Of a stretch of DNA of 64,000 nucleotides, positions 18,694 through 29,500 are shown piece after piece. The DNA comes from an uncultured Gammaproteobacteria bacterium (lineage in GTDB: Bacteria > Patescibacteriota > Microgenomatia > Levybacterales > GWA1-39-11). Numbering within the stretch: position 1 is the first letter of the stretch; every line of letters begins with the position of its first letter. Location: NCBI GenBank assembly GCA_964472415.1, contig CAYYLC010000002.1, positions 96,470 through 160,469 on the forward strand, read 5' to 3'. A program made the translations under genes and the position numbers. The notes under the pieces were generated by a model. That model did no database searches and was not told where the DNA came from. It was given only the letters and a program-made list of their open reading frames with translations.

Positions 18694-19821
18694 TTAACAC
18701 GCAACTTTTGTACTCTTGCAATACTGACAACGATCAAGCAATTTATTATATGGCCTTTTGTTTTCTTTCCTACAAGAGGGACACTTGAAGTTTCTTTCAC
18801 CGTACTTATCACTTCCTACCCCAAATTCAATAACACTAAATGGAGAACTGCTCGCCTCTCTAGAGACATTATACCCACCAGACAGCCCACATCCCGCACT
18901 TACCACCTTCACTTCCTGATATCCATAATATTCAATATCTTGCTGCTCATCATAATCGTCATAAAAATTTATTGATGCTCTAAAATTTTCTAAACCATCC
19001 CCTTGAATACCTCTGGCTATCACATCTGCTTTGTTGAGCACTGCGTTATACAAAATCCGATGCTCTTGAGTAAAATCAGGCCGTTCCACGACAGCTTCTG
19101 CATATCTCTCTATTAAACAAGAAACGTTTTCTTTAATAAGAGTAAACGTCTCCTCATCCATGTGTTCATGTTCTTTATATAAATAAAATTTCAAATCGTC
19201 TGGAGTCAAGGTGTTTTCTATCGCAATAGGATTTTCTAAAAAATATGCACCAGGATCATCAAAGTCTATTGCAATCTCTGCAAATGCAGAAATTTTTTCT
19301 CCATATTCTTCAATAGAGAGACCTGAACTAACCCTCTGACTCTCTACGTACACTTCGCCACTCTCCTGTATTTTTTTTGTATGAATATCAATAAAATTAT
19401 GGCTATACGTAGAGCCTTCTAGCCCCGGAGGAGAAACGGAAAGCATCATAGTACCTATTGGCGTATCCTCATCTGTCATTACGTCCTGGATCTTTTTAAA
19501 TCCAATAACCTCTGCATCCTCTCTTCGATAATCGATGCTACTCCCATACTCTCTCCTATAGTCTCTGCCGCGCTTCAGAGATTGCATAAATGGCTCACCC
19601 ATATCTTTCCCCCACAATTCCCCATCTCGCACATCATAACTATAAGTACTCAAAATCACGTTATACCGCTCAGAAAGATTCGTCACCATCTGGTCTTTGT
19701 TATAAGAAACTAATTCATTTTTTTTCCGCTGATAATCTTCAAGCGAAGCAGCCTCTGCAAGGCCCTCTTGAGCTCTTTTTACATCAAGGGCTACATCATA
19801 GTTTCGTAATACTTCTACCAT
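18694..19821 (-). CDS. Hypothetical acidic protein with C-terminal zinc ribbon
   Basis: Long ORF; C-terminal CPSC...CQYC; TAATG overlap with the pduO stop. Confidence 0.75.
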   Translation of the reverse strand: MVEVLRNYDVALDVKRAQEGLAEAASLEDYQRKKNELVSYNKDQMVTNLSERYNVILSTYSYDVRDGELWGKDMGEPFMQSLKRGRDYRREYGSSIDYRREDAEVIGFKKIQDVMTDEDTPIGTMMLSVSPPGLEGSTYSHNFIDIHTKKIQESGEVYVESQRVSSGLSIEEYGEKISAFAEIAIDFDDPGAYFLENPIAIENTLTPDDLKFYLYKEHEHMDEETFTLIKENVSCLIERYAEAVVERPDFTQEHRILYNAVLNKADVIARGIQGDGLENFRASINFYDDYDEQQDIEYYGYQEVKVVSAGCGLSGGYNVSREASSSPFSVIEFGVGSDKYGERNFKCPSCRKENKRPYNKLLDRCQYCKSTKVAC

Positions 19822-20375
19822 TATCGTTTCTTCCAAATAGTCTCTGCCTTATCTTCTCCATGATTGACATATCTACTCATCGTAAAAAACAAATCAGACA
19901 ATCGGTTTACATATTGCACCACGTCACCGTCTACTCTCTCTTTTTTAATAAGTGCTACAAGCTTTCTTTCTGCCCTTCTACTAACTGCACGTGCAAGCTG
20001 TAGATGTGCACCAACAAGCGATCCGCCCGGGAGAATAAAATTCTCTAACACAGGAAGCTTTTCTGTCATTTCATCAATTTGGGCCTCTAAATCTATCGTG
20101 TGCTCTGATAAATGCAGCACTAATTCTTTATTTGCTGGATTTGCAAGATATGATCCGATACAAAATAAATCATTTTGGATTATTATTATAATCTCCAGAA
20201 AATGCCGCGCGTATTTTCTATTCACCAAACCAAGCTCTGCCGCAATCACTCCTAGTAACGCATTTAATTCATCAATCGTTCCATAACTTTCCACCCGCCT
20301 ACTGTCCTTCCAAATTCGAACGCCGCTCCCCAACGAAGTCCGGCCTTTGTCCCCCTTTTTTGTATAAATTGCCAT
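19821..20375 (-). CDS. pduO: ATP:cob(I)alamin adenosyltransferase, PduO type
   Basis: IYTKKGDKGRTSL, YGTIDELNA, FILPGG, RRAER, YVNRLSDLFF. Confidence 0.93.
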   Translation of the reverse strand: MAIYTKKGDKGRTSLGSGVRIWKDSRRVESYGTIDELNALLGVIAAELGLVNRKYARHFLEIIIIIQNDLFCIGSYLANPANKELVLHLSEHTIDLEAQIDEMTEKLPVLENFILPGGSLVGAHLQLARAVSRRAERKLVALIKKERVDGDVVQYVNRLSDLFFTMSRYVNHGEDKAETIWKKR

Positions 20376-20405
20376 AAAAAAAACCTCCCCATTACTCGAG
20401 AAGGT
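20376..20405 (-). terminator. Intrinsic terminator hairpin that also occludes the pduO Shine-Dalgarno sequence
   Basis: ACCUUCUC-GAGUAAU-GGGGAGGU followed by a U-run directly before the pduO AUG. Confidence 0.65.
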
Positions 20406-20531
20406 CACAAAAATTTGTGCTTGCTCGAGCAAAAATAGTTAATTAGTTTTCCGTCTGTACGGTAGCGGCACTGAGAGGGAATTTTCGCTTCATTGTAAAA
20501 CGCGAGTCACCCTACTTACCTAAATTAACTA
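20376..20531 (-). promoter_or_regulatory. Cobalamin riboswitch (short class II-like aptamer) with terminator/SD expression platform
   Basis: Minus strand: closing helix UAGUUAAUUUAG/CUAAUUAACUA; core AGGUAA-GUAGGGUGA...AAUUCCCU-CUCAG-UGCCGCUACCGUA; hairpin CCGU-ACAG-ACGG-AAAA. Lies between B12-dependent nrdJ and pduO. Confidence 0.72.
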
Positions 20532-20533
20532 AA

Positions 20534-22918
20534 CTAACATTCAGCATGACCACATGCATAGCATTTGGCACAGCCTTCTTCATGTACAAAACTTGCAGAT
20601 CCACACTCCGGACAAATATCTCCGTGAGCAACTTCTTCAGAAATTGGTGAAATCATCTGTGCTGTAGATTGCATGCCTCCTGATTCTCCAAGTGGCATAT
20701 CTACTGGGTTTGAAGATTGTTTTTTTAATGCACCATTTCCATTCCCACTTGCCTGTTTTCCATCTGGATATTTATCTTCAATTCTTCCATTCACCTTGAA
20801 TTCATACACTTCAGCAAGAGTTTTTGCGACTGCGTCTGGAAGAGACCTCACTCTATTTTCTCCAAACCCTACACTTCGCTGCCCACCTATTCCGATAAGC
20901 TGCGCAACAATTTGCCGCATACGTTCACGATGCTCGATAGGGCTCTGCATCCGGAGAACGAGAGAGATTACGCGTCCTAAAGCCTCCGCCATCGCCGACA
21001 CATCAGATCCTGATTTTCCCATTGTCATAAAAAGCTCAAATGGATTCCCATTTTCATCCTGATTTATTGTTACAAAAGTATTCCCGAGTGGTGTTTTCTT
21101 CTCTACAGTAAACCCCTGCAACATCGATGGTCGTTTCAGAATCGGCTGCTTTTTTACCTCTTCTTCTTGCTTTTTCTCATCAACACGCTCCAGGACTCCT
21201 TGGCGAGATCCATCTCGCATATAGGTAATTCCTTTCAGTCCCATATCATAAGCAAGCATGTAGAGTGTTTTTACATCTTCAATAGTATGGGCATTCGGCG
21301 CATTTACAGTTTTTGAGATTGATGAATCGATATATTTTTGCGCGACAGCCTGCACCTTTGCATGTTCAATTGGCGTTAGGTCATTTGCAGAAACGAAGTA
21401 CTCAGGAATCTCTCTTTCTGGATTTGCCTTTTTCCACTCCTCAAATAATGGATGATATATTGTCTCTTCTCCACCGCGCCATCTCCTTTTGAAAACGAAT
21501 TCATATACTGGTTCAATGCCTGACGACACTCCAGAAACAAGGCTCGTAGTGCCAGTTGGCGCAATAGTAAGCAATACTGCATTACGGATTCCTTGTGCTT
21601 CAATTTTTTCTCTAATTTTCTTCGGGAGTGCTTTTATATGATATCCTTGGAGGTATTTATCTTTCTCAAATTTTGGGAACGAGCCCTTTTCTTTTGCAAT
21701 ATCACTTGACGCTTCATACGCACTATCTCTCAATGTTTTAAATATCTTTTCAATCTCCCCCTGCGCCTCTTCGCTCCCATACCGAAGCTCAAGCTTAATT
21801 AGTGTATCTGCAAGACCCATGATCCCCAATCCGGTTCTCCTAATTTCCTTCGCACATTTCTCGTTCTCTTTGAAAAAATAATACGTATCATCAATAACAT
21901 TATCCAAAAGCCTCATAGCAACTTTTACGTCTTGTGAAAAGCTTTCGTAATCAAACTTTCGATCTTTTACGTATTGTGACAAATTCATCGCACCCAAATT
22001 ACACACTGCCCATCCTGATAACGGCTGCTCTCCACACGGATTTGTTGCAATAAGCTTTTCAAAATACCATGTGTTTGACTGCTTGTTTGAGCGCTCGAGA
22101 AAGTGGAGTCCAGGTTCGGCACTCTTCCACGCTGCTGTACAAATTTTGTCCCACAACTCACGAGCTTTTACTGTTTTATATACTTTTACTTCTTTTCCCA
22201 ACTCTCTCCATGAACTCAAGTCTCCATCCCACTTCTCATCATAATCCGGATCAGTAAGATCTGGATACAGCAAATCCCAATCACCATCTTCTTTCACCGC
22301 TTTCATAAATCCATCTGATACACAAACCGATAAATTTGCACCATTTATCTTTGTAAGATCCTCTTTTACTGTAATAAACTCTTCTACATCTGGATGCCAA
22401 TCCCACAACATAAGCATCGTTGCACCACGACGAGTCCCCCCTTGTTGCACCACGTCATGCGTTGCATAAGAGAACAGCCCCGCCCAGGTGACAGGGCCAG
22501 ACGAGGTGCCATTCACTTTCTTAACCCGGGCGCCTCTGGGACGCAAAGACGAAAGATTAAGTCCAACTCCACCAGACCTACTCTGAATTTCAACTAATTG
22601 CTTCAGGCTGTCAATAATACCTTCTCGGGAATCTTTCGGGGATGGAATAACAAAACAATTAAAATAAGTTACTTCGTACTCAGTTCCTGCACCAGAGAGG
22701 ATGCGCCCTCCAGGGACAAATTTAAAATCGGCAAGGACATCATAAAACTTTACCTCCCATCGCTCTCTATCTTTTGCCTTCTCTTGACTGGCAATACCTC
22801 GAGCAACGCGTCGCCACATCTGTTCAGGAGTAGTCTCGAGCAAGCTTCCATCCTTATCTTTAAGGGCGTATCTATCTAAAAATACTTTTTTTCGAATTCC
22901 GTCTAGCTGTGTATCCAT
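20534..22918 (-). CDS. nrdJ: Class II (adenosylcobalamin-dependent) ribonucleotide reductase
   Basis: FNCFV, RRGA, TNPCGEQ, CNLG, TIAPTGT, GITYMRDGSR; TSCPD-like domain and C-terminal CPEC...CYAC. Confidence 0.93.
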   Translation of the reverse strand: MDTQLDGIRKKVFLDRYALKDKDGSLLETTPEQMWRRVARGIASQEKAKDRERWEVKFYDVLADFKFVPGGRILSGAGTEYEVTYFNCFVIPSPKDSREGIIDSLKQLVEIQSRSGGVGLNLSSLRPRGARVKKVNGTSSGPVTWAGLFSYATHDVVQQGGTRRGATMLMLWDWHPDVEEFITVKEDLTKINGANLSVCVSDGFMKAVKEDGDWDLLYPDLTDPDYDEKWDGDLSSWRELGKEVKVYKTVKARELWDKICTAAWKSAEPGLHFLERSNKQSNTWYFEKLIATNPCGEQPLSGWAVCNLGAMNLSQYVKDRKFDYESFSQDVKVAMRLLDNVIDDTYYFFKENEKCAKEIRRTGLGIMGLADTLIKLELRYGSEEAQGEIEKIFKTLRDSAYEASSDIAKEKGSFPKFEKDKYLQGYHIKALPKKIREKIEAQGIRNAVLLTIAPTGTTSLVSGVSSGIEPVYEFVFKRRWRGGEETIYHPLFEEWKKANPEREIPEYFVSANDLTPIEHAKVQAVAQKYIDSSISKTVNAPNAHTIEDVKTLYMLAYDMGLKGITYMRDGSRQGVLERVDEKKQEEEVKKQPILKRPSMLQGFTVEKKTPLGNTFVTINQDENGNPFELFMTMGKSGSDVSAMAEALGRVISLVLRMQSPIEHRERMRQIVAQLIGIGGQRSVGFGENRVRSLPDAVAKTLAEVYEFKVNGRIEDKYPDGKQASGNGNGALKKQSSNPVDMPLGESGGMQSTAQMISPISEEVAHGDICPECGSASFVHEEGCAKCYACGHAEC

Positions 22919-22919
22919 A

Positions 22920-23372
22920 TTATTTTTTGATTAATTTTTTAACTTCTTTCTCAAAATCTTCAACATCCACAAAATGCTTAAAAACGCTGGCAAATCGAAT
23001 GTAGGCAACCTTATCAAGTTTTTTGAGCCTCTGTGCAACGGCCTGCCCAATTTTTGAACTTTCTATCTCGACTGACTCTCTCCCGCGTAAATCTCGTTCT
23101 ACCGCATCTACTATATCTTCTACGTGCTCTGGGGTTACGGTGGTCTTTTCTACAGACTTTAAAATCCCTCCTTTTAGCTTTTCACGATTAAATTGTTCAG
23201 CCTTACTGCCTTTCTTCCTCACAATCAACGTCACATTCTCCACGCGCTCATAGGTCGTAAAACGCTTCCGACACGAACAACAAAGTCTTCGTCTTCGGAT
23301 ATTGTTTCGTTCATCAGAAACTCGAGTCTCGACTACTTCGGTTTGATCGCTGTTACAGTATGGACAATGCAT
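22920..23372 (-). CDS. nrdR: Transcriptional repressor NrdR
   Basis: MHCPYC...RRRRLC..C..RFTTYE, ATP cone, VAYIRFASV. Confidence 0.96.
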   Translation of the reverse strand: MHCPYCNSDQTEVVETRVSDERNNIRRRRLCCSCRKRFTTYERVENVTLIVRKKGSKAEQFNREKLKGGILKSVEKTTVTPEHVEDIVDAVERDLRGRESVEIESSKIGQAVAQRLKKLDKVAYIRFASVFKHFVDVEDFEKEVKKLIKK

Positions 23373-23466
23373 ATTAAAAATTAAAAAGGGTTGTAATTGC
23401 AGCAGAAATATTATAAAAGTCTAGCAATTCCTTCTGCCACTTTCTTACTCACCGCAACTTGTAAAA

Positions 23467-23519
23467 GAACTGTATTTAGTGTCGCAATCCATCGTAGTAC
23501 ACTAAATCGGCTCCGTCAA
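23467..23519 (-). promoter_or_regulatory. nrdR-nrdJ promoter overlapped by tandem NrdR boxes
   Basis: Minus strand TTGACG-17 nt-TACGAT; two 16-bp boxes containing ACACTAAAT (23467-23482, 23499-23514), 32 bp start to start. Confidence 0.7.
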
Positions 23520-23649
23520 CTATTATTTTCTATATCAAAACTGAGCAAAGTATTATTTGAACGTGGGCAATTTTATAAAAAAATTTTCTGCTTAACCTTG
23601 TACTTTTTCTGTACAAAACAAACGGATCTCCTTGTCTCTATAGCTTAAT

Positions 23650-24210
23650 TTAATTTACCAATTTCTCAAACTCTTCGAGGCGCTCCGACTCAAGATCCAC
23701 TCTATTCTCCAAACTTTCTGAGATGTGAGGGACAAGTTGTCGTGAAACAACCTGTTGATGCTTTTTCACAGAAGTATGGAGAGATCCTTGCATTGAATGA
23801 ATATCTCTGCCTTTTTCTTTTGCACGATCAAGCGCTAAGATCGCCTCGTGAAAATAATTATTACTTTTTGAAAGTGTATCCACTGCCAATTCTTCTTTCC
23901 CTTTTTCTACTAAAAGTACTGCTGCATAGATTCGCTTGTCAGAAGTGAGGAGGTTAAATTCGGCGCGTTTAATCGGGTCAGTTATTAAAAAACTTACAAC
24001 CCTATCTCTTATAGTTTTTAAAAAGTAAAGCGGATTATCTGGAAGCATGCCCGGATAAGGCAACTCATACTGTACAAATATCTCAGCAGAATCTGAGGCA
24101 CTTTCGGGCTCTGAATGATCGTGTCCTGGATGCGAAAACACAAAACCAACTGAAAAGGAGAAAAATAATAGCGTAAGAAACGAAATAAAACTAGCCCTAA
24201 CCATGTTCAC
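23650..24210 (-). CDS. Secreted DUF5667-like helical protein
   Basis: Signal peptide, HPGHDH, then YELPYPGMLPDNPLYFLKTIRD. Confidence 0.7.
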   Translation of the reverse strand: MNMVRASFISFLTLLFFSFSVGFVFSHPGHDHSEPESASDSAEIFVQYELPYPGMLPDNPLYFLKTIRDRVVSFLITDPIKRAEFNLLTSDKRIYAAVLLVEKGKEELAVDTLSKSNNYFHEAILALDRAKEKGRDIHSMQGSLHTSVKKHQQVVSRQLVPHISESLENRVDLESERLEEFEKLVN

Positions 24211-24306
24211 TTATAGTACTCTCACCTTCAAATAATGTCAAGAAAATTATGTACTGAAAACTTGATTTTCGTACTCATAAATTGTCATACTGAAATATAG
24301 GCTTAT

Positions 24307-26442
24307 ATGAAAAAGGCGGTTATACTATTCGCGCTTTTTATCAGCGCACTCTTTTATCTTACGAGGGGAAATATCTCCTTTGCCCAATCATATGCTGATC
24401 AAGTTGCGACAGCATCCTCCAACACTGGTAGCCCGCAAACGCTTCCTCTGAACACGAACCCTGATGTGCCTCAAAATCTCTCAACGTATACACAAAGTGT
24501 TTTTATCGAGCTACTGGGCACTGCATCGTGTTTTTTGGGCGGGAAAAATATTATATATGGAGACACGAAATGCCTCGGAATAGATCCTGAGACAAAAAAA
24601 CTTACCTATGTAGAGGATTCCGGAGGTCTCACCGGCATGATGGGAGACATGATCGCCTATACATTTTCTATCCCAGCGTCTTCGTCTGACTATGTGAGAT
24701 ATATTGCGGGTAATTTCGGAATCGCACAAGACACAACCGCCCAGGAAGCTGAAGGGGAAGTAGGCCTCACAAAAGGAGCCGGATTTGACCAGCTCAGACC
24801 GATCCTGCCACTCTGGACCACCATGAGAAACCTCACCTACCTTATGTTTGTGATTGTATTTATCATCCTCGGACTGGGAATCATGTTCCGCCTTCAAATA
24901 GACCCGCGGGCGGTTATGACTATCCAAAGCCAGATCCCGAAAATTGTTATCGCACTCGTTCTAATCACGTTCTCGTATGCCATCGCTGGATTTTTTGTCG
25001 ACATGATGTACCTCTCGCTCTACCTTATTATTGATATCTTTAGCGCTCATGGCATTGAAAAAACCGCATCACTTGCTGGAAATCCACTGGAAGCAGTAGG
25101 CGGAGTTGGCGGCATCGGTGGAATTTCGTGGGACGCCTCAAAAGGAGTCGCAGGAGTTATGAGCAACCTTTTTGATGGAAATACTTTCGCAGAAGTGATT
25201 CGATTTATTATTAATTCAGTCGCCGGAACGCTTTTGGGTGGTGCCATCGGCATGGTCGGGGGTCCCGTAGGAATGATCGTAGGAGGATTGATAGGCGGCA
25301 TTGGAGGAAATCTTCTAGGATTTATTCCTGGCTTAGGAGATCCGTTCACGCTTATTATTGGAGGGGTTGCCTGGCTTATTATCGTCATCGCGATGCTTAC
25401 CGCGCTCTTTCGACTCTGGTTTATCCTGATAAAAACATACATATTTATTCTTGTAAATATTATATTTGCGCCATTTTATATTTTATTTGGGCTCTTCCCC
25501 GGAAGCTCGCTCTCATTTGGCGGATGGGTCCGCTCATTAGTATCAAATTTAGCGGCATTTCCAGTTGTGCTGATGCTTTTTACGCTCGGGAAGGCGCTGC
25601 AGGATGGATTTATTGAGAGTCCTGGCGGATTCACTCCACCCTATGTCGGAGACCCAGGAGACATGAAGATATTTGCAGGACTCATCGGTCTGGGGATTAT
25701 TTTACTCGCACCAGAGGCAGTAAATATGACCAAGTCTATCTTTAAGGCTCCAGACTTCAAGTTTGGCGGTGCGATCGGACAGCCGCTCGGAACAGGACAA
25801 AAGATTGTCGGTAAGACACTGAGCGGAACCAAGAATGCCCTCTGGCATACAAATCCGTACACGAATGAGCCAAGCAGATTTAAGGCCGCAGTAAAAGAAC
25901 AATTCGGCGCAGGAACTGACAAGATTCCCGGCGTACGCAAGGTAAAGGATAAGTTTAATCAAAGATTTCCTTCATATAAAGCTCGACAGCAAGCAAGGGC
26001 AGATACAGCAGCAAAAAGAACCCAGGCAATAGAAAGAGAGTCTGAAAGGCTGAAAACAGAACATCCAGACTGGGGTACAGATCAAATAAGAGAAGATGCT
26101 GAGCGAAGAGTTAGTGAGAATGAGAAAAAAGAACAAGCAGAACAAAAAAACAAAAGCCTCGTGAGAAGAACTCTCCGAAAGGTCATAAGAAGAGGAGAAG
26201 GCGCTCAGCAAGGCGAAGACGAGACAACAACGGCTCCACCCCCATCAGGGCATCAACCTTCCGCCTCACCACATGCATGGAATAAGGAAGATCTTGATCG
26301 ATCAGTTGAAGAAGAATTTAAAAAACGGACAGCTGGTCAACCATACCTTAGCGCCACCGATAAAACACAGCTCCGCATAAATATCCGGGAAGAATTAATA
26401 AAGCGTGGACCAGACACTGACGACACTAGTGGAACCTCCTAA
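24307..26442 (+). CDS. VirB6/TrbL-like polytopic T4SS membrane protein
   Basis: Signal peptide; W..MRNL.Y...IPKIVIALVLITFSYAIAG; multiple Gly-rich TMs; IFAP; charged C-terminal tail. Confidence 0.7.
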   Translation: MKKAVILFALFISALFYLTRGNISFAQSYADQVATASSNTGSPQTLPLNTNPDVPQNLSTYTQSVFIELLGTASCFLGGKNIIYGDTKCLGIDPETKKLTYVEDSGGLTGMMGDMIAYTFSIPASSSDYVRYIAGNFGIAQDTTAQEAEGEVGLTKGAGFDQLRPILPLWTTMRNLTYLMFVIVFIILGLGIMFRLQIDPRAVMTIQSQIPKIVIALVLITFSYAIAGFFVDMMYLSLYLIIDIFSAHGIEKTASLAGNPLEAVGGVGGIGGISWDASKGVAGVMSNLFDGNTFAEVIRFIINSVAGTLLGGAIGMVGGPVGMIVGGLIGGIGGNLLGFIPGLGDPFTLIIGGVAWLIIVIAMLTALFRLWFILIKTYIFILVNIIFAPFYILFGLFPGSSLSFGGWVRSLVSNLAAFPVVLMLFTLGKALQDGFIESPGGFTPPYVGDPGDMKIFAGLIGLGIILLAPEAVNMTKSIFKAPDFKFGGAIGQPLGTGQKIVGKTLSGTKNALWHTNPYTNEPSRFKAAVKEQFGAGTDKIPGVRKVKDKFNQRFPSYKARQQARADTAAKRTQAIERESERLKTEHPDWGTDQIREDAERRVSENEKKEQAEQKNKSLVRRTLRKVIRRGEGAQQGEDETTTAPPPSGHQPSASPHAWNKEDLDRSVEEEFKKRTAGQPYLSATDKTQLRINIREELIKRGPDTDDTSGTS

Positions 26443-26516
26443 AGAAAGAGGATCAGGTGCCTAGTGACCAAACAGAAAACGCGGAAAATCGATTTGGCGG
26501 AGGGTTCAATACTTTT

Positions 26517-29500
26517 TTAGTCGAACAGGTCATCAAACACATCATCGATAAATATCATAAATGCCGCAGGAAGAACCTCTACTGCTATGTCACCCATGCT
26601 ATGAAGCGCATCCTCCCGGAATAAGTGCCACCGCGTAGTATTTGAGTGCTTCCTGATCCACTCAATATCTTCTTCAGAGAAAAACTGAGAATTTGGGATT
26701 TCAATCTCTTTTCCAGTTGCTGGATCCTCTATATATTGTGGCATAGACCGAAGCGCCTGATAAAATTTTCTTATCGTATGCGCATCCCACCGATCATCAA
26801 CGCTCGCCCTATTCCGGTGCGCCTTGAGCTGCGCTGCAAGCCCGGCCCGGCAGACATTTTTTAAAATTCTTGTTCGCGCATCCTGAGAGTTAAGATATCC
26901 TGCAAACGTTCCATGTTTTTCTTTTGGATTATACTCACCATCCCCTGTCCAAGCCCTTTTTTCTTTTTCATTTCCATCTTCATCTGCTGCCTTATACTTT
27001 AGTTTCCCTGCATACCAATCACGTCGAATAGAACCGATCACTACATCTCCGAACATCGCTTCTGCAAGATACATATCTTTATACTCATATTTTTCGCTTC
27101 CGTCTTTTACCGTACCGTCTTTATTAAATTCCACCGCAGTTCGCACTCTCATGCGCGTTAAAGCTCCATAATTTATCGCGTTGTTTGAAGAAAACGCATA
27201 TCGTCTTTTTTTAATAAATGTATCTTTTACGATTTCCTCAAATTTTGCCCTATCAAATTTCAAAACGCCCCAGTCATTTCGCTTTATGATTTCGTTAAAT
27301 TTGATGTCCTCTGTATCTAACACATCATGCCACACTTCTGACTGACGCTTAATACCGTTTGCTGCCCAGTCAGACTGTGTAAATCGAGGAAATCGCAGTA
27401 CATCGTATAACGCATCTTTCTGCTGCACGAGCCGCTCCTTCAAAGCTTTTTGTTCATCAGTTAAATTTTCATCCTTCGGCAAGCTATAGAGCTGAATATT
27501 TACCTTGTGAATATTGTCAAATACTTCCTGCACTGACTCGCCTGACTCTGTTCGTATCGCAAGCCACATATCAGGAGATAGCATTCGAAATATCTGCATA
27601 TCCTCAGGATTTCCGATAGGACCCGATGTTCTGGAGCCAGATTGACGCTCTCGATAGTACTGCATATACATTTTCGTCCATGCGTCATATCCTCGATAGT
27701 TCGTATCATTTCGCGCAGCAACTCCACTCCACCGTTGCTCCGACCAGGAGTTAATTTCTGCCCATTCCAAATTAATTCGTGACAGTTTTCGGTATTCCTC
27801 CACTGATAAATCTTGCCCATGCCTCTTTTTAAACTTTTCATATTGAGCCTTATCAGATCCTGTATGAAAACCCACAATTTTTGCAGCGGTTTGTTTTACA
27901 ATTTCTCGTACCAACACCTCACTCGTCTCTTCAGGGTTTGCCGATGGGAAAAAATTCAAATATTTTATAAGCGCTTTATCACTCGTTAATTTCCCATTTT
28001 CATCAAAAATAACTGTCCTGATTTTTGTTTGGGGGTCTATGTGATAAATCTTTTCACCTTCAAACCGATAATTTCCGTATTCGGTAAGCTCTTCGTCAAA
28101 ATCCATCCCCTTTATTGCCCGCACTGCATCACGAAAACCTTTTGCTGTATACAAAAGCGCATCAGGGGGCAATATGTTTCGTAAATTTTTCTCGTCTGAT
28201 AAATTTCTATATATTTGATTCATTATAAGAAGCGAGTCTCCTACTCTATTGTCTGCCTTTCCATCAGTATCCCTACTATACTCATCTGCCATCCGCAACA
28301 TATTTGCAAGCGTAGAACCAGATGTGTGATCATTCCTCGAATTTATTTCAACCAGCCTGTCAAACAAGTTAGAGTCGCTTGTCATCACCTGCTTATACGC
28401 CAAATCATTATTGCGCCGCACACCAAATAACCACGCCTCATTAATAACCTCGTTATACAAATGCTCTAATACCTGACCAGTATTTGGATCGCTGAAATAT
28501 CGCTGCTTGTTGTATTTCATTTCTACCAAATTAACTGGCCGAAAGAGTGTCTGAATAGCCACTTTGTCTAACGGACTCATGGGGTCATTCGGATTATCAT
28601 AATGAAGCTCAAGCATTTTATTTCTTACCCATTTCAAAAAGTTTTCTTCCTGAAAAATCACTTTTTTAACCTCCATTTTTTCTCGCCTTCCAGTTTCAGG
28701 ATTTATCTTCTCGACCTCTTCTGTTTCATCTTCAGAGCGAGTAAAAAGCGGATACGGCCCATTCGGAGACCAAATTTTCGCATCATCAGTCGCAATAATC
28801 CACAGTGCAAGCTCGCGGATATTTCCCGGCTCGCGCCCAAATATACTTTCATCAGCAAAATCTATATCCTCGTCAAAACTAAAATTCATCCCTCTTCTGT
28901 TTATCTTCTCTCCTCGCGCTAACCTTTTTGCGGCATCTTTCTCTTCTACACTTAGCTGCCTCTCCATCTGCTCTGTTGCTCTATTAAACAATCTAGACAT
29001 AAATTCACTCACATTCTGCTTGTAGCTATACACATTGTCATCATCATTGAGGCCTTCCCACCTTGTTAACTCCTCCTGAATATCTAGTGGATTCTGCCCG
29101 TAAGCTAAATTCGCCAAGTATCGGACATAGTCATCTTTAACATATGCAGCTTTAAAACGCTTAAACGCATCTTCATCATCCTCTGGAATATTTTGAATAC
29201 CCTCTAAAAATTCCTCATAACGCTTTTTTTCCATATTTGGATCTCCATCTGCTCCGCCCTCTATTGGAGGACTCCCTCGCTCAGCAAGGCTTCGAATTGC
29301 CTCTATCTCGTCTTCTGTGAGGTTCCTTTTCTTTTTTATTTCCTCAACCACCTTTTCCCATGCCCTTTTCGCGGCCTTAACACGATCAGGATCTGGAATT
29401 TTCGGAGCATCTTCTTTTTCTTTTCGCTCGATATCTCGCACTAATGCGGATAATCCTTTTTTCACATTGAGAGCCTCCCCGCTCGTAATTTTTCTCAATC

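Noticed and set aside
20436-20531. Hammerhead-like ribozyme on the + strand (CTGAGAG inside a closed stem)
   Set aside because: No correctly placed GAAA/UH core; the minus-strand cobalamin aptamer fits motifs and gene context better.
23397-23648. 83-aa + strand ORF upstream of nrdR
   Set aside because: It covers the nrdR promoter and NrdR boxes and has no protein features.
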